A stretch of 64,000 bases of DNA from Squalus acanthias. Lineage: Eukaryota. Shown here piece after piece: positions 36,610-50,522 of the stretch. A program made the translations under genes and the position numbers. The notes below the pieces were generated by a model. That model saw only the letters and a list, made by a program, of their open reading frames with translations, was not told the origin of the DNA and searched no databases. Location of the stretch: positions 55,986,001 through 56,050,000 of the forward strand of contig CM059446.1 of the NCBI GenBank assembly GCA_030390025.1, read 5' to 3'. Each line of letters starts with the position of its first letter. Within the stretch, counting starts at the first letter, position 1.

Positions 36610-37003
36610 AGCTCTCTGATGGGTAAAGGCACCACCCAATGTAACACAGGTGCTCTGCTATACAGACCAGAAGGTCCCATGGTCTGTGCAGCGTTAGTAA
36701 ATCTCAGACAGGACGCAACAATTAGCCTCACTGCGCCTGGGCCAAGGAAATGAAAACTAAGCGGTGGGTTCCTGCTTCCAACCGCCAACCAGCTGCGCCT
36801 GCTGGAAAGTGTGCGTGAGCGGATGTCAAGGGCGAGGACAGAGTCAGCTGTGATGCCTCCTACAATCAATTAAGCCTGCTGGCACTCACCACCTAGGCTC
36901 ACACACATGAAGAACGGCCACTTGGGCTACCGGCACTCGTGGAACTGTACCGCAGCGTAAGCCAGCCCCTTCAGAGAGGAGGGGAGAAAATTGGGGGGAA
37001 AAA
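36610..37003 (+). mobile_element. Family X SINE, near full length
   Basis: tacagaccagaaggtccc...gggttcctgct...cctgctggaaagtgtgcgtg...ctaggctcacac...atgaagaacggccacttggg...gtggaactgtacc...aggaggggagaaaattggggg. Confidence 0.65.
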
Positions 37004-37425
37004 GTAACTTTTATTTTGAACAATTAAAAAAAAAAATGTTTTATTTCTGGGAAGACCTGAAGCAGAATTGCTGATGCAGGTGTAGTGAAAAGCTATAGAA
37101 TGCAATGTCTGGTGGGGTCATGTAAAGAGGGGCCAAAATCGTTGGGGGGGCAGAGGAAGCAGGAAGAGGAGAAACTAGAAAATGAATTAAATTACATCAA
37201 AGTGTTAGAAATGGATGGTTTACCAAAAATTTTAACCATTTTCATAACTAATCATTTGGAAAAATGTTTGCATGATGGGCACTTGAAGATTTACTGTTTC
37301 AATTAACACATCATTAGTAGAACAAGAGTAACACCATCACCAAACTGGCACCTGAAATTTCTGTATTTCACATTTTGCATACATTAGGGTACAATAATTC
37401 AAAGTCTAGACCAGTACATCAGTAC

Positions 37426-37524
37426 AAAAGCAAAATACTGCGGATACTGGAAATCAAATAAAAACAGAAAATGCTGGAAGTACTGCCTGACCTGCTGAGC
37501 ATTTCCAGCATTTTCTGTTTTTAT
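37426..37524. mobile_element. Collapsed Penelope-like insertion with 22-bp perfect hairpin
   Basis: Arms ataaaaacagaaaatgctggaa (37458-37479) / ttccagcattttctgtttttat (37503-37524); TSD atcagtac at 37418-37425 and 37525-37532. Confidence 0.75.
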
Positions 37525-37780
37525 ATCAGTACCTCGGCATCAGTGAACCGATCAACTGCAACAGCTTTTCAGAACACCAAGCACAAAATCAGAATTCATG
37601 CTGTACTATAAACAGTAACGAGTTATTAAATCTATAATTCACATTTTTTCAGAGCCAGCTATCAATAAACTGCATTGAAAAAAAACTTCAGCCCCCAAAC
37701 AGTTAATGAGCACTGTGATTCTGTGCAAGAGGAAGACAAGACAATTTAACCATCAATAATTCAGATATAGCTGTACTCAC

Positions 37781-37854
37781 AGGGCACAACAGAGACACCC
37801 GCAAACTGGTTGTGGCGATTTCACTATCAGGATCCGCTGTTAATTTCTCTTTGA
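37781..37854 (-). CDS. PIAS1: PIAS1 coding exon 8
   Basis: KEKLTADPDSEIATTSLRVSLLCP; cag/gtgagt; 74 nt. Confidence 0.96.
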
Positions 37855-37959
37855 CTGTGTGTGGAAGAGAAGAAACAAATGTTTTTTTTTAATGAATTAC
37901 TTCAGACAGCTGGTTGGGTTTTTATCTTAATACAAAACAGCCATTGTACACGCTAGAGC

Positions 37960-38330
37960 ATCCCCTCTCCCCAGAAACATCAATTCTTGCTGGGGTAGAG
38001 TTCCACAGGTACTGACAACCCTCCGTACCTCCCTCAAATTCTTCATGTGCAAGTTGAGATAGTGAATGGCTTTGCAACTCTAGGGTAATCACAGCCGAAC
38101 CCCATTCTGTCCTCATCCGACATCCACACACATGCATTTTCTAGCAGGAGCTATTGCACAGTAATTAGAAGCAGGAATGCTAGTTTATTTTCCCTTCCTC
38201 AGCACGCAGGCCAATTGTAGCACCTCCACTGCCATCCTGGCTGCGACCACTTAACAACAGAGATCAGGAGTCAAACCTGGAACCTTCGGATCTGGCATGG
38301 TTTAGTACTCCATTGCACAGTGCCCACTAG
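37960..38330 (-). mobile_element. Family X SINE
   Basis: Reverse-complement match to 36610-37003 motifs. Confidence 0.6.
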
Positions 38331-39869
38331 TTTAGAGGAACCAGGCTTTATCTTAATACAATCAGAAACACCCATTGTACAGCTGCAAATGGGTGACAGG
38401 AACAGCAGTGACTTTGCCGTTTTGTTTCGCTACAGTCTGAAAGTGTGAACATAAATATTTACTTAATGTCTGAATCTAGCCTACATTTCCTCTGTTGTCC
38501 CTTCCTGTTAAAATCAAGGCACCAGAAAACCACCGCACATGATCTGCCTACACAGGATAAACCCTGTGGGGCTGGGAGGAAATGGGAAGCTTCTGGCTAC
38601 GAGTGACCTAAGTGACAGGCAATTCTCCTGCTAACAGAACATTTCAGTTTACCTCTACATATTACTTTACTACAACAAACAGCTCTTGGATCAAGAGTCG
38701 CCCTCCGCCCACCCCCCTTTCCTCTAGATTTCTAATCAGTAAATACAGAGCTTACCCTGTACAAAGTCAACTACACTTTAAAGAAAAAACACAGGATTGG
38801 AAATAAAAACACACTAAATAAAAAGGACAGCTAATGAGGAACAGTCGAGTGTGCGCTAGAAAGCCATTGTCTCATTTCTTTCACACCCAGCAGTGCCCAG
38901 CATTCCAGACCTAGCTGCCAAGAACATGATGAATTTTTGTCAAACATATCGCAGTTGTACATCATTCCTATCCTCCCCTCTGAAGGGAGACGGAAGGGCT
39001 GGAGGGCAGAGGCAGGGAAGGGGAGAGGAGAGATCAGCTAGTTCACCCTTTATCCGAATCCGCCCAAGGGCAGAAACACATTTCATTAGCTGGACTTGAT
39101 CTTCAGTGACTAGCTGCGGCAGCACCAATACCCACTACCCTCCCCCGCTCACGTTTTATTGTGCAGAGCCACTTTTGGCAGTGGCCCTCCAGCTAAGCAA
39201 AGGCAGCAGCACAGCATCTCCCACTTCTGGAATCAACCCAAAAGTGCAGGTCTTCCGAAAAGATGGATCAAACAAAAATCACCATTTATAGCAACAAACG
39301 GGAGACAAATTATGGGTTAACTCAGCTTTCATTTACTATAATAACTGGGAGGATTAGAAATTACAGCCAGAGACAGAGACTTCTCGACTACTTTCAATGA
39401 GCAGGTTTCATGCGATGTTGGGAAGAGTGCTTTAAGCTGCCTTTTTACTGCACTAAGAGTCCTGCTAGTGGCACCGACACCTAGAACCCTAAAGCAAGCT
39501 TACTGGCATTTGCTAAAGCCGGTAAGTTAACTCTCAGGTTTCTGCTGGCCACGTATCAGCAACGGCCAGCTGGCACCAACAGCCTAGGTCTTAACACAAT
39601 ATACAAACAGTAGAGCACTCGAGAGGGGGAAAAAAAGGGAGGGGAGAGCTCAAATAGAGAAAGTGAACACGAGAAAAACAGCAGCAATACACAGTGGTCA
39701 GAAATTTGTTGAAAGGGACTTAATTGCACGATAGAAGCTAAATGTTATACTTCTGATTAACTCTTAAATATACCATTGCTCCCCAATAACCAAACGGGTA
39801 AAAGCATTGCCTAGTATCAATGATCCATGCATAAGATGCCCGAGATTTGATGATCTGTCTCTACTGAGC

Positions 39870-40185
39870 TTTCTGATTCAGCTGGGGCAGCAGTTGGGTG
39901 AACTACAATTAGCTTCGGATCCTGTACTAAAGAGGATGCAGGAGAAGAAAAGAGAGTCAGGGTTCTCATTCCTAATCGCCATTCACTAACCCCTGCTGGA
40001 AACTGCATGTATGGACACTGCAGGAGAACAGGGTCAAGCTCAGCTGTGATGCAGCTGACAGACCAATAGCCTGTGCACACTCGCTGTCGAGGCTCAGGTG
40101 TCAAGATTGGCCCCCTAGGGCGAGGTACCAGACGCTCCAGGCATTTGTGGAACTGTGAACCAGCACCTTCAGGAGCAAAAATTGA
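39870..40185 (+). mobile_element. Family X SINE
   Basis: cagggttctcattcctaatcgcc...cccctgctggaaa...ctcagctgtgatgc...aatagcctg...gtggaactgt. Confidence 0.6.
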
Positions 40186-41594
40186 AAACTGCAACTTCTC
40201 TGACAGGCCTACCACACAGGAGAAGCAGAGCAACGGTGGCATCCGGCTTTCTATCACTTCTTGTATCCAGAATTGCCAAGATTACATTTTGATAGATGGT
40301 GGTTTCATAACAATTAAGTGTGTGGAAAGGGGTGGAGGAAAGGCTTTGTCCTTTTAGATTGCATCAAGTCAAGTTGAGCAGCCCTGGGGAGTTTGTTGTG
40401 AGCACCAACTACTGAAATGTTCGTAATCAAATTAGTGAATCCACTCATGCATAAAAACAAAAAGGGGTAAAATAGGAAACAAAGGTTAAGTTTACTTAAA
40501 ACTATGATGCTGGCAACTCAACATAACTTGTTTTACCTTGTATCTAGTTCAAAATAAAAATACTAAGAATACGGTGGAATCTACTTTGTGATCATGAGGA
40601 AGAAGCCCTCAAATCAAACTTGCCAAACCCCAGTTATATTAATTGTAGATTTTTCATTGTTTGTGCTGGAACCTTCATTGTTGTCAAGCAGCAGTGATTT
40701 CTAATTTAAAGAGCTGAACAGTAATTAGATGCTCAGTTTCACCAATGCACTACTCAGAATGGTGGTGCTCTTAAGGTTAGTCCTACTTTTAGTTGCTCAT
40801 TTTCAACACCAAACCAGCAGTGCTCTGAGCTCTTCAAATAGCTGAGCTGTATTGTAAACAGAAATCACTTAGCCTGATCAGTCAATTAGTGACTGCTTGG
40901 GCTACTGGCCAAAATAGCTACAGCCAGATTCTAATGCGACATCAACTGTCAGGGCAGCAGAGCAGTTAAACGCGGAAGAGCAAATACAATTCTGGCATAT
41001 CCCAACAGAGATACACTTCAAAAAAGCAGATTGTGAATTTGGTTAATGTTTTAACAAAAGTGACTTTTTAAAATTGGTATGCTTCTGGAAACAATTTCCA
41101 GCTTTAACTCCTGGAGGATCTCAATGAATGGGAGATCAAAAAAAACACTCAGGGAATTCCCCCAGTGGGTCAGCTAGTTAGAGCTGAATACAGACCAAAA
41201 CGGTCTGCACCAAGTTAATCAATCTCAGCTATAACACTACATTCGCCCTTTGGCTTAGGGGGGAGAAAAATCAGTCAGTTTCTGAACATTATCCATCAGT
41301 TCCATCTGTAAATGCATTTCTGAACATTGGGTGAGGGCAGGATTGGGCTCAGCTGTGATGATTACCACGAGTGAATAGCTTGGCAATACTCGCACATAAA
41401 TAATGGCCACTTGGACAGGATACTTTACAAAACCTGGCACCCGTAGAATCATAAAACCCGGAGCAAAAACGCTCAGAAAAGGAAGGGAGGGGGGAAAAAA
41501 CTGGAGAAAATTAACTAAAAGTTGAAAACAAAGAAAGTGTTCCCTGGGTCCCTATCTCTCATGGTTCAACATTCGACATTTAAGAGAGAGAGAA

Positions 41595-41735
41595 AAAATT
41601 GCATTTATGTAGCGCCTTTCACGACTACCAGACATCCCAATGCGCTTTACAGCCAATGAAGTACTTCTTGAAGTGTAGTCACTGTTGTAATGTAGGAAAT
41701 GCAGCAGCCATTTTGCGCACAGCAAATCCCATAAA
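41595..41735 (-). mobile_element. Deu-SINE / L2-type 3' tail
   Basis: ttgcatttatgtagcgcctttcacgac...gctttacagccaatgaagtact. Confidence 0.75.
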
Positions 41736-42514
41736 GAGTGCTAGAGAATTGTGCCAGTTGAAATAACTTGGCTAAATGGCACACTATACAAGTTCTTTCT
41801 ATTGGGATGCTCTCCAGAAATCTTCCTCAGTGATATATTGTAGAAAGTTTCAAATGGTGTGGTGGAGCGCCACATGGCCCATGAAGGCCTGGGTTTGGAT
41901 CACTGGCCAGTGCTAAATCAGCAGCCAAACTCAGCTGCAGTGGTTGTAGAAGTTTTATCGCCAGTCTCCGTGGCTTGGTCTAGGGAGAAGGAAAAATCCA
42001 ACGAGGGTTCTCACAACGGTCACTGGCCAGTGAGCCGTCCTGGAAATTGTGCATGGGGGACAAGGGATGCCAATAGAATCAGACTCAGCTGTGACATCCA
42101 TCCCTTACGGTCAAATGGCCTGCTGGTACTCACTGTCTAACCACACAGAGGAAAAACAAGGACACTTGGGGGAGGTACTGGAAGGCTGCGGTCACCCACA
42201 GAGCTATCTCCCATCATACTTTCAGAACTGGAATGGAATGGAAAGAAGATATACCCAGTAGGGGAGGCGAGGGTAAATATAATTAGACCTACAGGCCCAA
42301 GTTACATGGGAGCAACAAACATATACTTTCAACACATGATTAACCAATTGAGCATTTTTAACTAGATTCAGGCTAAATTCGGCGATGAAATGATTAACAC
42401 CAATACTGAACAGAAAGGAGAGAAAGTTTTGAACTGTGTCAGAGGCTTTTATCACACAAAAGAACTGCCAAATGTACCTATGCAAACATCTACCTGCCCA
42501 CAATTTGTACATAC

Positions 42515-42620
42515 TTAATGCTCTGGAATGGTCCGGGTTCCTTATTCCTTTTGCCCGTAGTCTTTGAAGCAACACTGCAGAAGACAGCTGTTTTACAAGG
42601 TAAACTGCCATGGAGTAGTT
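42515..42620 (-). CDS. PIAS1: PIAS1 coding exon 7
   Basis: NYSMAVYLVKQLSSAVLLQRLRAKGIRNPDHSRAL(I); cag/gtatgt; 106 nt. Confidence 0.96.
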
Positions 42621-45600
42621 CTGGAAAAAAAAAACCATGTGCATGCTCGTCAACCATGATAAGTTAACTGCATCAATGTTCAAACACGTCATCTCCAAGC
42701 ATTGCAGTTAAACCATATACTCTTATCAAATCTAAATAACCATATTTTCCTATAAATTTAAATTTGGAGTTTGCATTTGTTTTTCTGGATTATGTGTACA
42801 TTAACATTTTATAACCGTCTTGGAAGACAAGGCTTTATAGAGTAAATATATCTATATCCAATGATGGAAATGGCATTGTCCCATGTAGTACCACAGCATA
42901 CAGAGAAGAATGTTCCAGTTTTGATTCCTAGTCTGAGTTACTTCATCTCAGCTGGCAATTGGGACACTACAACTGCCCTTGGTGTTGCTGATTTGGTGGG
43001 GAGAAACCAATCAACCATGATTTCCACTCCGAGCTGTTACCCAGCGACTCCTTATAGACAGCAGGTGAGAACAGGATTGGGCTTGGCTATGGTGACCTCT
43101 GTGCTCAAATCGTTCACTAGTATTCACAGTCTAGGCTCACACCCGAAGAATGGTCAACTGGGTGAGGCACAGCTGAGCTGGGCTCACCCTTACCCATGGC
43201 ATCATACTCCAGAGTCAGTGTCTTTACTTCAGATGGGGGGAAGCTGGTAATGACATTTTTAGTACATTGTGAAGAAATTTTCTGTATTGAGTACAAAACA
43301 GGGGTCCAAAAATAACTAATCGTTCAAACTTCTATAGCTAATGTAGTCAGTAAATAGAAAACCCAAGCCCATTTTAAACTAATATCCAATGTGGTTCAAA
43401 TTTATTTATTATGTTTGGTTAAGACCACTTTCCTGTGCGGGGAACCCCTGGCAAATAGTGACATACTCCTGGGGCCCATTACCCCAACTTCCAAAAGACT
43501 TAACGGCCCAAAGAAAAATACTGTCGTTGTGGAAAATGTTCATCATTTACAACAACGCAAATAATGCTAGTAAGTCTACAAATATAAAATACGGAATTCT
43601 GGAGACACTGTGCTCATGGACACACTGCATGCCTAGCTTCAAATCAACAGAAAATGATGTGACTCCCTACCCCCAAGGTCTCATAGCGTGCGTGGACTGC
43701 TGTTTGCAAATCCAGGATTTACAAACTGTACAGCTTCCTAAACAAATTACATTTAAAATACATAAAGGCATTTGCATGCAGATTCAAAGAATTCTGCATG
43801 GTTAACTTGTTTCAATGGCAAAAGATATGGGTTGAACTGTACAGTTAGATGCAGGAACAGTAGTTTTGTCCAAGGAGGATATACATATCTAGGCCCAGGT
43901 AATAATTATATTCTAGGCAGAAAAATTAAACCGGTATGGTACCTCAAGTATTTACATCAAAATTATATGAACTTATTCTAACAGAAATCTAACACTTTGT
44001 TGAATGCACATCTCACTATGTCATATCCAAAACTGGTTCATGCAGTCAACAAAATAAATGTATCAATCACATTTAATGGAGGGGAGGAGATATTGGCTGT
44101 CGAAAGATCCTGAATACACAGCAGTGTGATATCAAGCTATTGATGTAAGAGAAAATGGAAACACTTGCACTATACTGTACTTTTCCAGGCATTGATTTGC
44201 TTTTTGGAAGTGTATTTCTGTTACAAAGCAAAAGGAAATAAACAGGCCTGGAAAGCAAAGTGTTTCTTGAAATATCATTTTTTTTTTTTAAAGTGAGGGC
44301 TGTTTGTTGATCCATTACTTAAACCGATCAAGCCTCTGAACTATTTTGTCTCACTCCCAAGCCCAGAACCACTGCAGCCAAATTTTAGAATAATCTCAGA
44401 TTACATCAGCTCTTTCTAAGAACACTGCTTAAATGGCAACCAGCAAAACATTGTACTCTAACCCATCAGCACTAATACCCACAGTAAAAGCTCAAGTCAA
44501 GACCATAGTAGGGATGATCAAAGACAACTTTTGATCTTGACTGAAATTTGCCGCCCTTAAGATATGATAAAAATTACAATTAACAACCAAAAGTTCCACT
44601 CTGTCATGAATTCGAACAGTTAGAGCTTGCCAAAAACTGCTACAACCACATCTGTCAACAATGTTATGATCTGAGAATCATAACAGCTGGTGCTGAGTTG
44701 CAAAGTGAGCTATCCCAGATCAGACTTGCATTCTTACACCAACCATGAACCAAAAGATTAAGACAAAGCAATCCACTCATGGTTTTCACTGCCCAGTAAC
44801 TAGCCTGCCTACATTATCACTGAAGTTCTCCCCAACCAAGTCGCTCCTGTTTGAAACTGAAATGCCACAAAACAACTTATTTTTAGTGGATTTAGGGCAT
44901 TTAGTAAATTGGACAAATCTCAGGCAGAGGCCTCACATAATAAGCACATAATTTCAAGAAGCATGTCAACCCAGGAGTGAGTGAATACAAAGCACAGAAT
45001 TGCATTTATCACAGGACTTTCCCTAGAGAATCCAGTTAAGTATTTTGTACCAACTCTGTGTAACAAGAAAATGCATCTTTAAAAACCCCAAATGCTAAGA
45101 GAGAAATTTGGAGTACAAAAATTAGTACGGTAATTGTGTCGTAAGAGTCAGAGTGGATAAGAAAATCAGCTTGCAGGCTGCCCTTATGAAAAAAGCTTTG
45201 CTTGCATTTTAAAATATTTATTCCCACCCACTTCACCCCACCTGTACTCTTTATTCTACGCACCTTTCTCAGTTAAGACAAAAAGCAGAACACCAGCTCC
45301 TGTGGCTGCAGCCATCTGGCACATGGCTGTGAGGAGATGCACAAGAGAAGCTAAACCTGTCTGGTCCTTACTCCAGGAATATGCCCGGCCTCCACTTAGC
45401 ATTTTCCTTAGTCAAGAGTTAATATTGGGTTGAACTGACTATATTAGGAAAATTACAAACAAGTTCAAGTTCCACCCTTTGGGCTACCATGCTGCTGTCA
45501 CTTTACTTGCATTTCTGCAGCTGTACCATCAGGCAATAATTATCCCTTTACTTAAAAGGTACCTTCCTCTCCTACCTACTCCATATGTCCTGACTTATTC

Positions 45601-45931
45601 TTTTTAGCAAGGTTCCACTGGCATCAACTGTTCCCTGGCGCCTCAATTAAGTTCCCTCCATGTGTGAGGAGTGTTGAAGGGCAGTCCTGATCCTCTTGTT
45701 GTCCCCACACCTGTATGGAGTCACTGGATAGCAATTAGGAATGATAACCAAGGCAGTTTCTTTCCATCCCTAGCCCAAGACTAACCTTACTGCCCAACTG
45801 CTACTCTGGCTGAAATCAACTAACTCAGCATAGACTGGTAATTGAAGCTGGAACCCTATCTATGGTTTTCATGATGCAATTCCATACTGGACAGTGTAAT
45901 TACAAAATGACCTATTGGGGAGCTCACTCAC

Positions 45932-46255
45932 AAGAACATAAGAAATAGGAGCAGGAGTGGGCCATTCAGCCCCTCAAGCCTGCTCCACCATTTAATAAGA
46001 TCATGGCTGATCTTTTACCTCAACTCCACCTTCTCGCACTAGCCCCATATCCCTTGATTCCTTTAGTATCTAAAAATTTATCGATCTGTTTTGAATATAC
46101 TCAACGACTGAGCATCCACAGCTCTCTTGGTAGAGAATTACAAAGATTCACAACCCTTTGAGTGAAGAAATTTCTCATCTCAGTCCTAAATGGCCAACCC
46201 CTTATTCTGAGACTGTGACCCCTAGTTCTAGACTCCCCAGCCAGGGGAAACATTC
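45932..46255 (-). mobile_element. CR1 family B 3' fragment
   Basis: Peptide MFPLAGESRTRGHSLRIRGWPFRTEMRNFFTQRVVNL; inverse of 26440-26780. Confidence 0.85.
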
Positions 46256-46895
46256 TCCAACAACTGAATGTTTTTACACGCTGCTTCCCCTTGTACAAAC
46301 CAGTAACGTTATAAAATAACACCCTTGTTTTTATTGCTGGCATTAGGTCATAAGCTTTTCCTGCATTTTGGGTTACATCATCCCAGTTTCCTGTTCCTCA
46401 GGGAGGATACTTGGTTCCCTGAAACTTAGACAAAACTTTCACACAGTATTGGTCATTGTTGGTAGAATTAAGGAAAAAAGTCATACTTAAGCCAATAGCA
46501 CTTCAATAACCTCTCAAATTGCTCCTACAACTAGTGACAAACAAGCCATTAGCTAGTTATATAGATCAAAATGTTCTCCCAGGCACAACCCAAGCTCAGA
46601 AAGTCAAACCATGTAAATTGTATTACTAGATGCTTCTAGTACTACTGTGGACATAGTATGGAAATTTCACATTCATTAAACTTCGCTGAAATCCTAGGAC
46701 AACAATGATGAGTGTTTTATTAGGATTAGGATTGAATACAAAATGAGCATGCTGGAAAAAGCACAAGGACCAGCTTCATTTTAGTTAAACAGAACATCTG
46801 AAACCTGCTCCTGACTGATACAAAACCCAGCATCTGGGCCATAAAGTGTTGCGCTGCTTTCATTAATTGCTTTGAGAAAATGCAGAAAAGCTTAC

Positions 46896-47030
46896 TCTTC
46901 CAATTTCTGCCGACCATGAAACCACAATAGTGTTCGGCACCGTCGTGGACAATCTGACTAGTGAGGTAATATTGATTGGCCGGCTAGGTCGCTTTGGTTC
47001 AACACCATTTTTGGTTGGTGGTAGATAGCC
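46896..47030 (-). CDS. PIAS1: PIAS1 coding exon 6 (PINIT motif)
   Basis: GYLPPTKNGVEPKRPSRPINITSLVRLSTTVPNTIVVSWSAEIGR; tag/gtaagc; 135 nt; preceded by an 85-nt intron (47031-47115). Confidence 0.97.
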
Positions 47031-47115
47031 CTAGGATGAAATCAAAAAGTTACTTAATTCTCCTAAAAGAATGAATCAAAAAAAAATCTATTAGACCAAT
47101 TACTTGAATACTTAC

Positions 47116-47206
47116 TGGAAGGTTACAAGTCTTTCCATTTACTTTCACACAGAGATTCGGGGGAAAATGATCTTCCTGTGGACAACTGGTTTCTGATAAA
47201 CAAAAC
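47116..47206 (-). CDS. PIAS1: PIAS1 coding exon 5
   Basis: [30 protein letters not shown]; aag/gtaagt boundaries; 91 nt. Confidence 0.96.
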
Positions 47207-48832
47207 CTTGAAAATGAAAAAATAATCAGTTACAAACTTCAAATAATCTCCAGTAATTCTGATCTGCAATTGTTAACCAATAATGGATATACTTGTCTAG
47301 CTATACTGGGGACTGAATGCTTACTTGACTAGGAAGTTGAGTCTTGACCTTCAGCATCTCAATATACACAACATCCATTACTGAGCAAATTCTAATACAG
47401 CTTCTTAGACTGATCATCTCCCTGAATCCATTAAGGTTACTAAAACATGTCAACCATTCTATACCAAACAATGATAAACTTTACAAATACTGTACCATAT
47501 TGTAAGTGAATTGTTATTACCAAACATTTTTGAAAATAATACAAGCCACATGCTACAATTCATATTCTAGGACTAAGCTAATGTAATAAGGATTATTGAT
47601 GAAATGGTCCTGCTCCTCACTTATTTTCTTTGCATTTCCTCTCCATCTCTCCTGAAGGCTGGGGCATGGTTCCCTGGGTGTCATCAGCACTCTAGTACCT
47701 CATCTAAGAGTGCATTCTTGATGTGTAAACCATGTGCAGCAGATTATTCACACCAAGATCACAGCCAAACACAATGCTATCCTAACCTGATAAGCACACA
47801 TGTAAACTTTCTAGCAAGGATCACTGGATAGCAATCAGGTGTGTTGTTTTCCTTCCGAGCCCAGAAACAGATAGGAAGTTAGAGTTGACCTAAATGCTGC
47901 CCAGCTGAGAATCAGTATGAGGAACTCAGCAGAGACTGGAAATTGGACCTGGGACCACACAGTTTGCATGGCTTAATATGACATCAGGCAGTGTCTTTAA
48001 TTACTAGGCCACCAGGGAGCCAAAGCTCTCACCACATTTATAACAGAAGTTAGGTAAAGTTACTTGAAAATATTTCAAATAGAAACTTATACACTGTAGA
48101 CCAATTCCAGCGATGACTGAATTTTTTCCAGAGTGACATTTGTTTTCAAATGTTATCTTCATGAAACAGAGTTTCAAAGAGATCTGATTTAGAGGAGGAT
48201 ATGTTTTATACCATGTATTATACTGTATTGTGAGCCTGTGAATGTCAACATGACCATCATTAAATCTCCTCACAGCACTGTCTTGGCAAAGCAACTGTTA
48301 GTGCATGGGCTGCCCATTGATGGAGATTCCAGTGTGCATTATGCGTTTTTAAAAAACCAAGCAGAGCATTTCTGCATTGTTGATTTAACTATATCACAAG
48401 TACAAGCCATATACTCAAAGGATTGAGCCCCGTACTGTCTCAGTCTGCTAGGTTATGGATTATGTTGTGAATGGCATCTTTGCATACTGCTAACATTATC
48501 AGAGCTGATCACTGGGTGTTGACTTTTTAAGTAATCCAATCTTTTTGAATACCAATTTTTATTTATTTATTATTTTTTTTTTTTTTTAAACAGCAAAAAC
48601 TATAAAAACCAGTATCAAAAAAGTTTTTTCCAAACATGGCTATTTTACACTTCTCCCAAAATTTTAAGTTACTGCAAGATGATTACCACACCAGCTTCAT
48701 TTAATGAAATCATATTCCTGCAAACTGTGGATACTGTGTACTGCCTCACAAATGAAAAATACCCGAGAGAGAGAAAGAAAAGGTAAACAGAACAGCGAGT
48801 GAAGATAAGCTAAATACATAATATGCATTTAC

Positions 48833-48880
48833 CTTAACTGAACCTGAACTGTAAAGTCACACTTGGTCCCCGATATGTCC
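48833..48880 (-). CDS. PIAS1: PIAS1 coding exon 4
   Basis: DISGTKCDFTVQVQL(R); tag/gtaaat boundaries; 48 nt. Confidence 0.95.
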
Positions 48881-49479
48881 CTAAATAAAATTGAAAGATA
48901 TATTTTTCACACATTTCAAATTTATATTAAAGGAAATCGTACAGGACAGTTCAAAATATCATTCATGAGTACTGAATCGAATGATTTATACAATTTGCTT
49001 CTTGATATCCCATTAGAAACTTTGTAAACCAAACAATTTTTTTTTACAGAACTATTAAAAAGATAGTAATAGTACCAGAAATAGTTCCTGTTTCTTTCAT
49101 TAAAATTATGCTTTAAAGCAAGGTTGGGATCGAAACAAGTAGTAACCTACAATCGAACAGCATTCATCTTTAATTCTGTATCAGAAAACTTCACACAGCT
49201 CTCCTTAGATCCCAGAAACTATTATAATCAGCAGAGGAGGTGGAAGATTGATGCTATGAATACCTAATAATTATTTTGTTGATGCTCAAAATTTTGTAAT
49301 ATAGGAGAGCTGCCTGGGAGTGTTACGTGGGGAACCGTGAACACCTGGGAGTGATAATGCAGGTAACTGAATCCAGGGCAATGCTTGAGCAGTTTAGAAC
49401 AGTTGTGTGAACCCCAAGATGAGATCACATCCTTGAAATCACTCTCAACTAACCAGTAGTTTTACAATATAATGAGACT

Positions 49480-49960
49480 GTTTTGCCCTTTACCTAGAAT
49501 ATAAAAGCAAGGAAGTACTACTGCTGTGATATAGCGATGGTCAAGCCTCATTTGCTATATTGTGCTCAGTACTCCACCGTAGAAGTATATACAGGCCTTG
49601 GAGAAAGTCCAGTGATGATTCCCCAGGATAATACCTGGATGAAGGGGCTGATTTAAGAGTGGGTAAACTGTGGTTAAATTGCCTGGAAATTAAGAGGTTG
49701 AGAGACTGGAGTGTATAAAATAACAAGGCAGATAGTGAATCACACTTTCCAGAACAAGGAGGCAAAAAATTAAAATTCAAACTAAGCTGGTTCAAAGCAA
49801 ATCCAGAAACGATGTCTTCACACAAAAGGTTGAGAGAACGTGGATTGCAATGTCCCAGAGGTTTATGGATGCAAAAATCACCACAGGCATTTAAAAGGGA
49901 GATAGGTATTGGTATTAAGGGACACAGATAAGGGGCAGGGAATTGGGATTAAGAGCTGCC
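49480..49960 (+). mobile_element. Old degraded CR1 fragment
   Basis: tagaatataaaagcaaggaagtacta...gccttggagaaagtccag...ttcacacaaaaggttg. Confidence 0.6.
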
Positions 49961-50437
49961 ACGGTTAACAAAATAGCTGAGCTGTTCTTAGCGGATGTGT
50001 GTTTGTGCGGGCGGCGTGTGCATGTGGTCTTTATGAGCAGGTTGTGCTATGGCATAAAATTTCATAAACTGGCAATTTTAATTCACAAATAGGTTTATTT
50101 ATGCAAATACATTAGAACAGTTTAAATTAAAATACTAAGTATTTTACTTTAGTCTTACTGTCAAAAACTATTTTAAATTGCATAATGATTTCTCTCCTCC
50201 CTTTCCTAGGGCACTGAGGCCAAATGTAGTCCCAGACCAAGAGATGAGAAGTAGTCAGCATCTTAACTACTTTATTGGAGAAATTAAAACAGACCAGATG
50301 TTTAAGATTTGAACTGCATACACAAAACTACAACACCTTTACCGGAGCCACTCAACTTTCCCACTGTTTTAGTTTAGCATGCAATTGTAGTCAGTTAAGA
50401 CCAAGCTATGCAAAATCGAAGACGGTTAACTACTTAC

Positions 50438-50522
50438 ATGGAGTTGCTAATCTGTTGAACTTGTTGTGGTGTCAGTGCGAATGCGAAGCAAGTCTCCTGA
50501 AACCGCTGACCATTATCTGAAG
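50438..50522 (-). CDS. PIAS1: PIAS1 coding exon 3
   Basis: (A)SDNGQRFQETCFAFALTPQQVQQISNS(M); ag/gtaagt boundaries; 85 nt. Confidence 0.96.
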
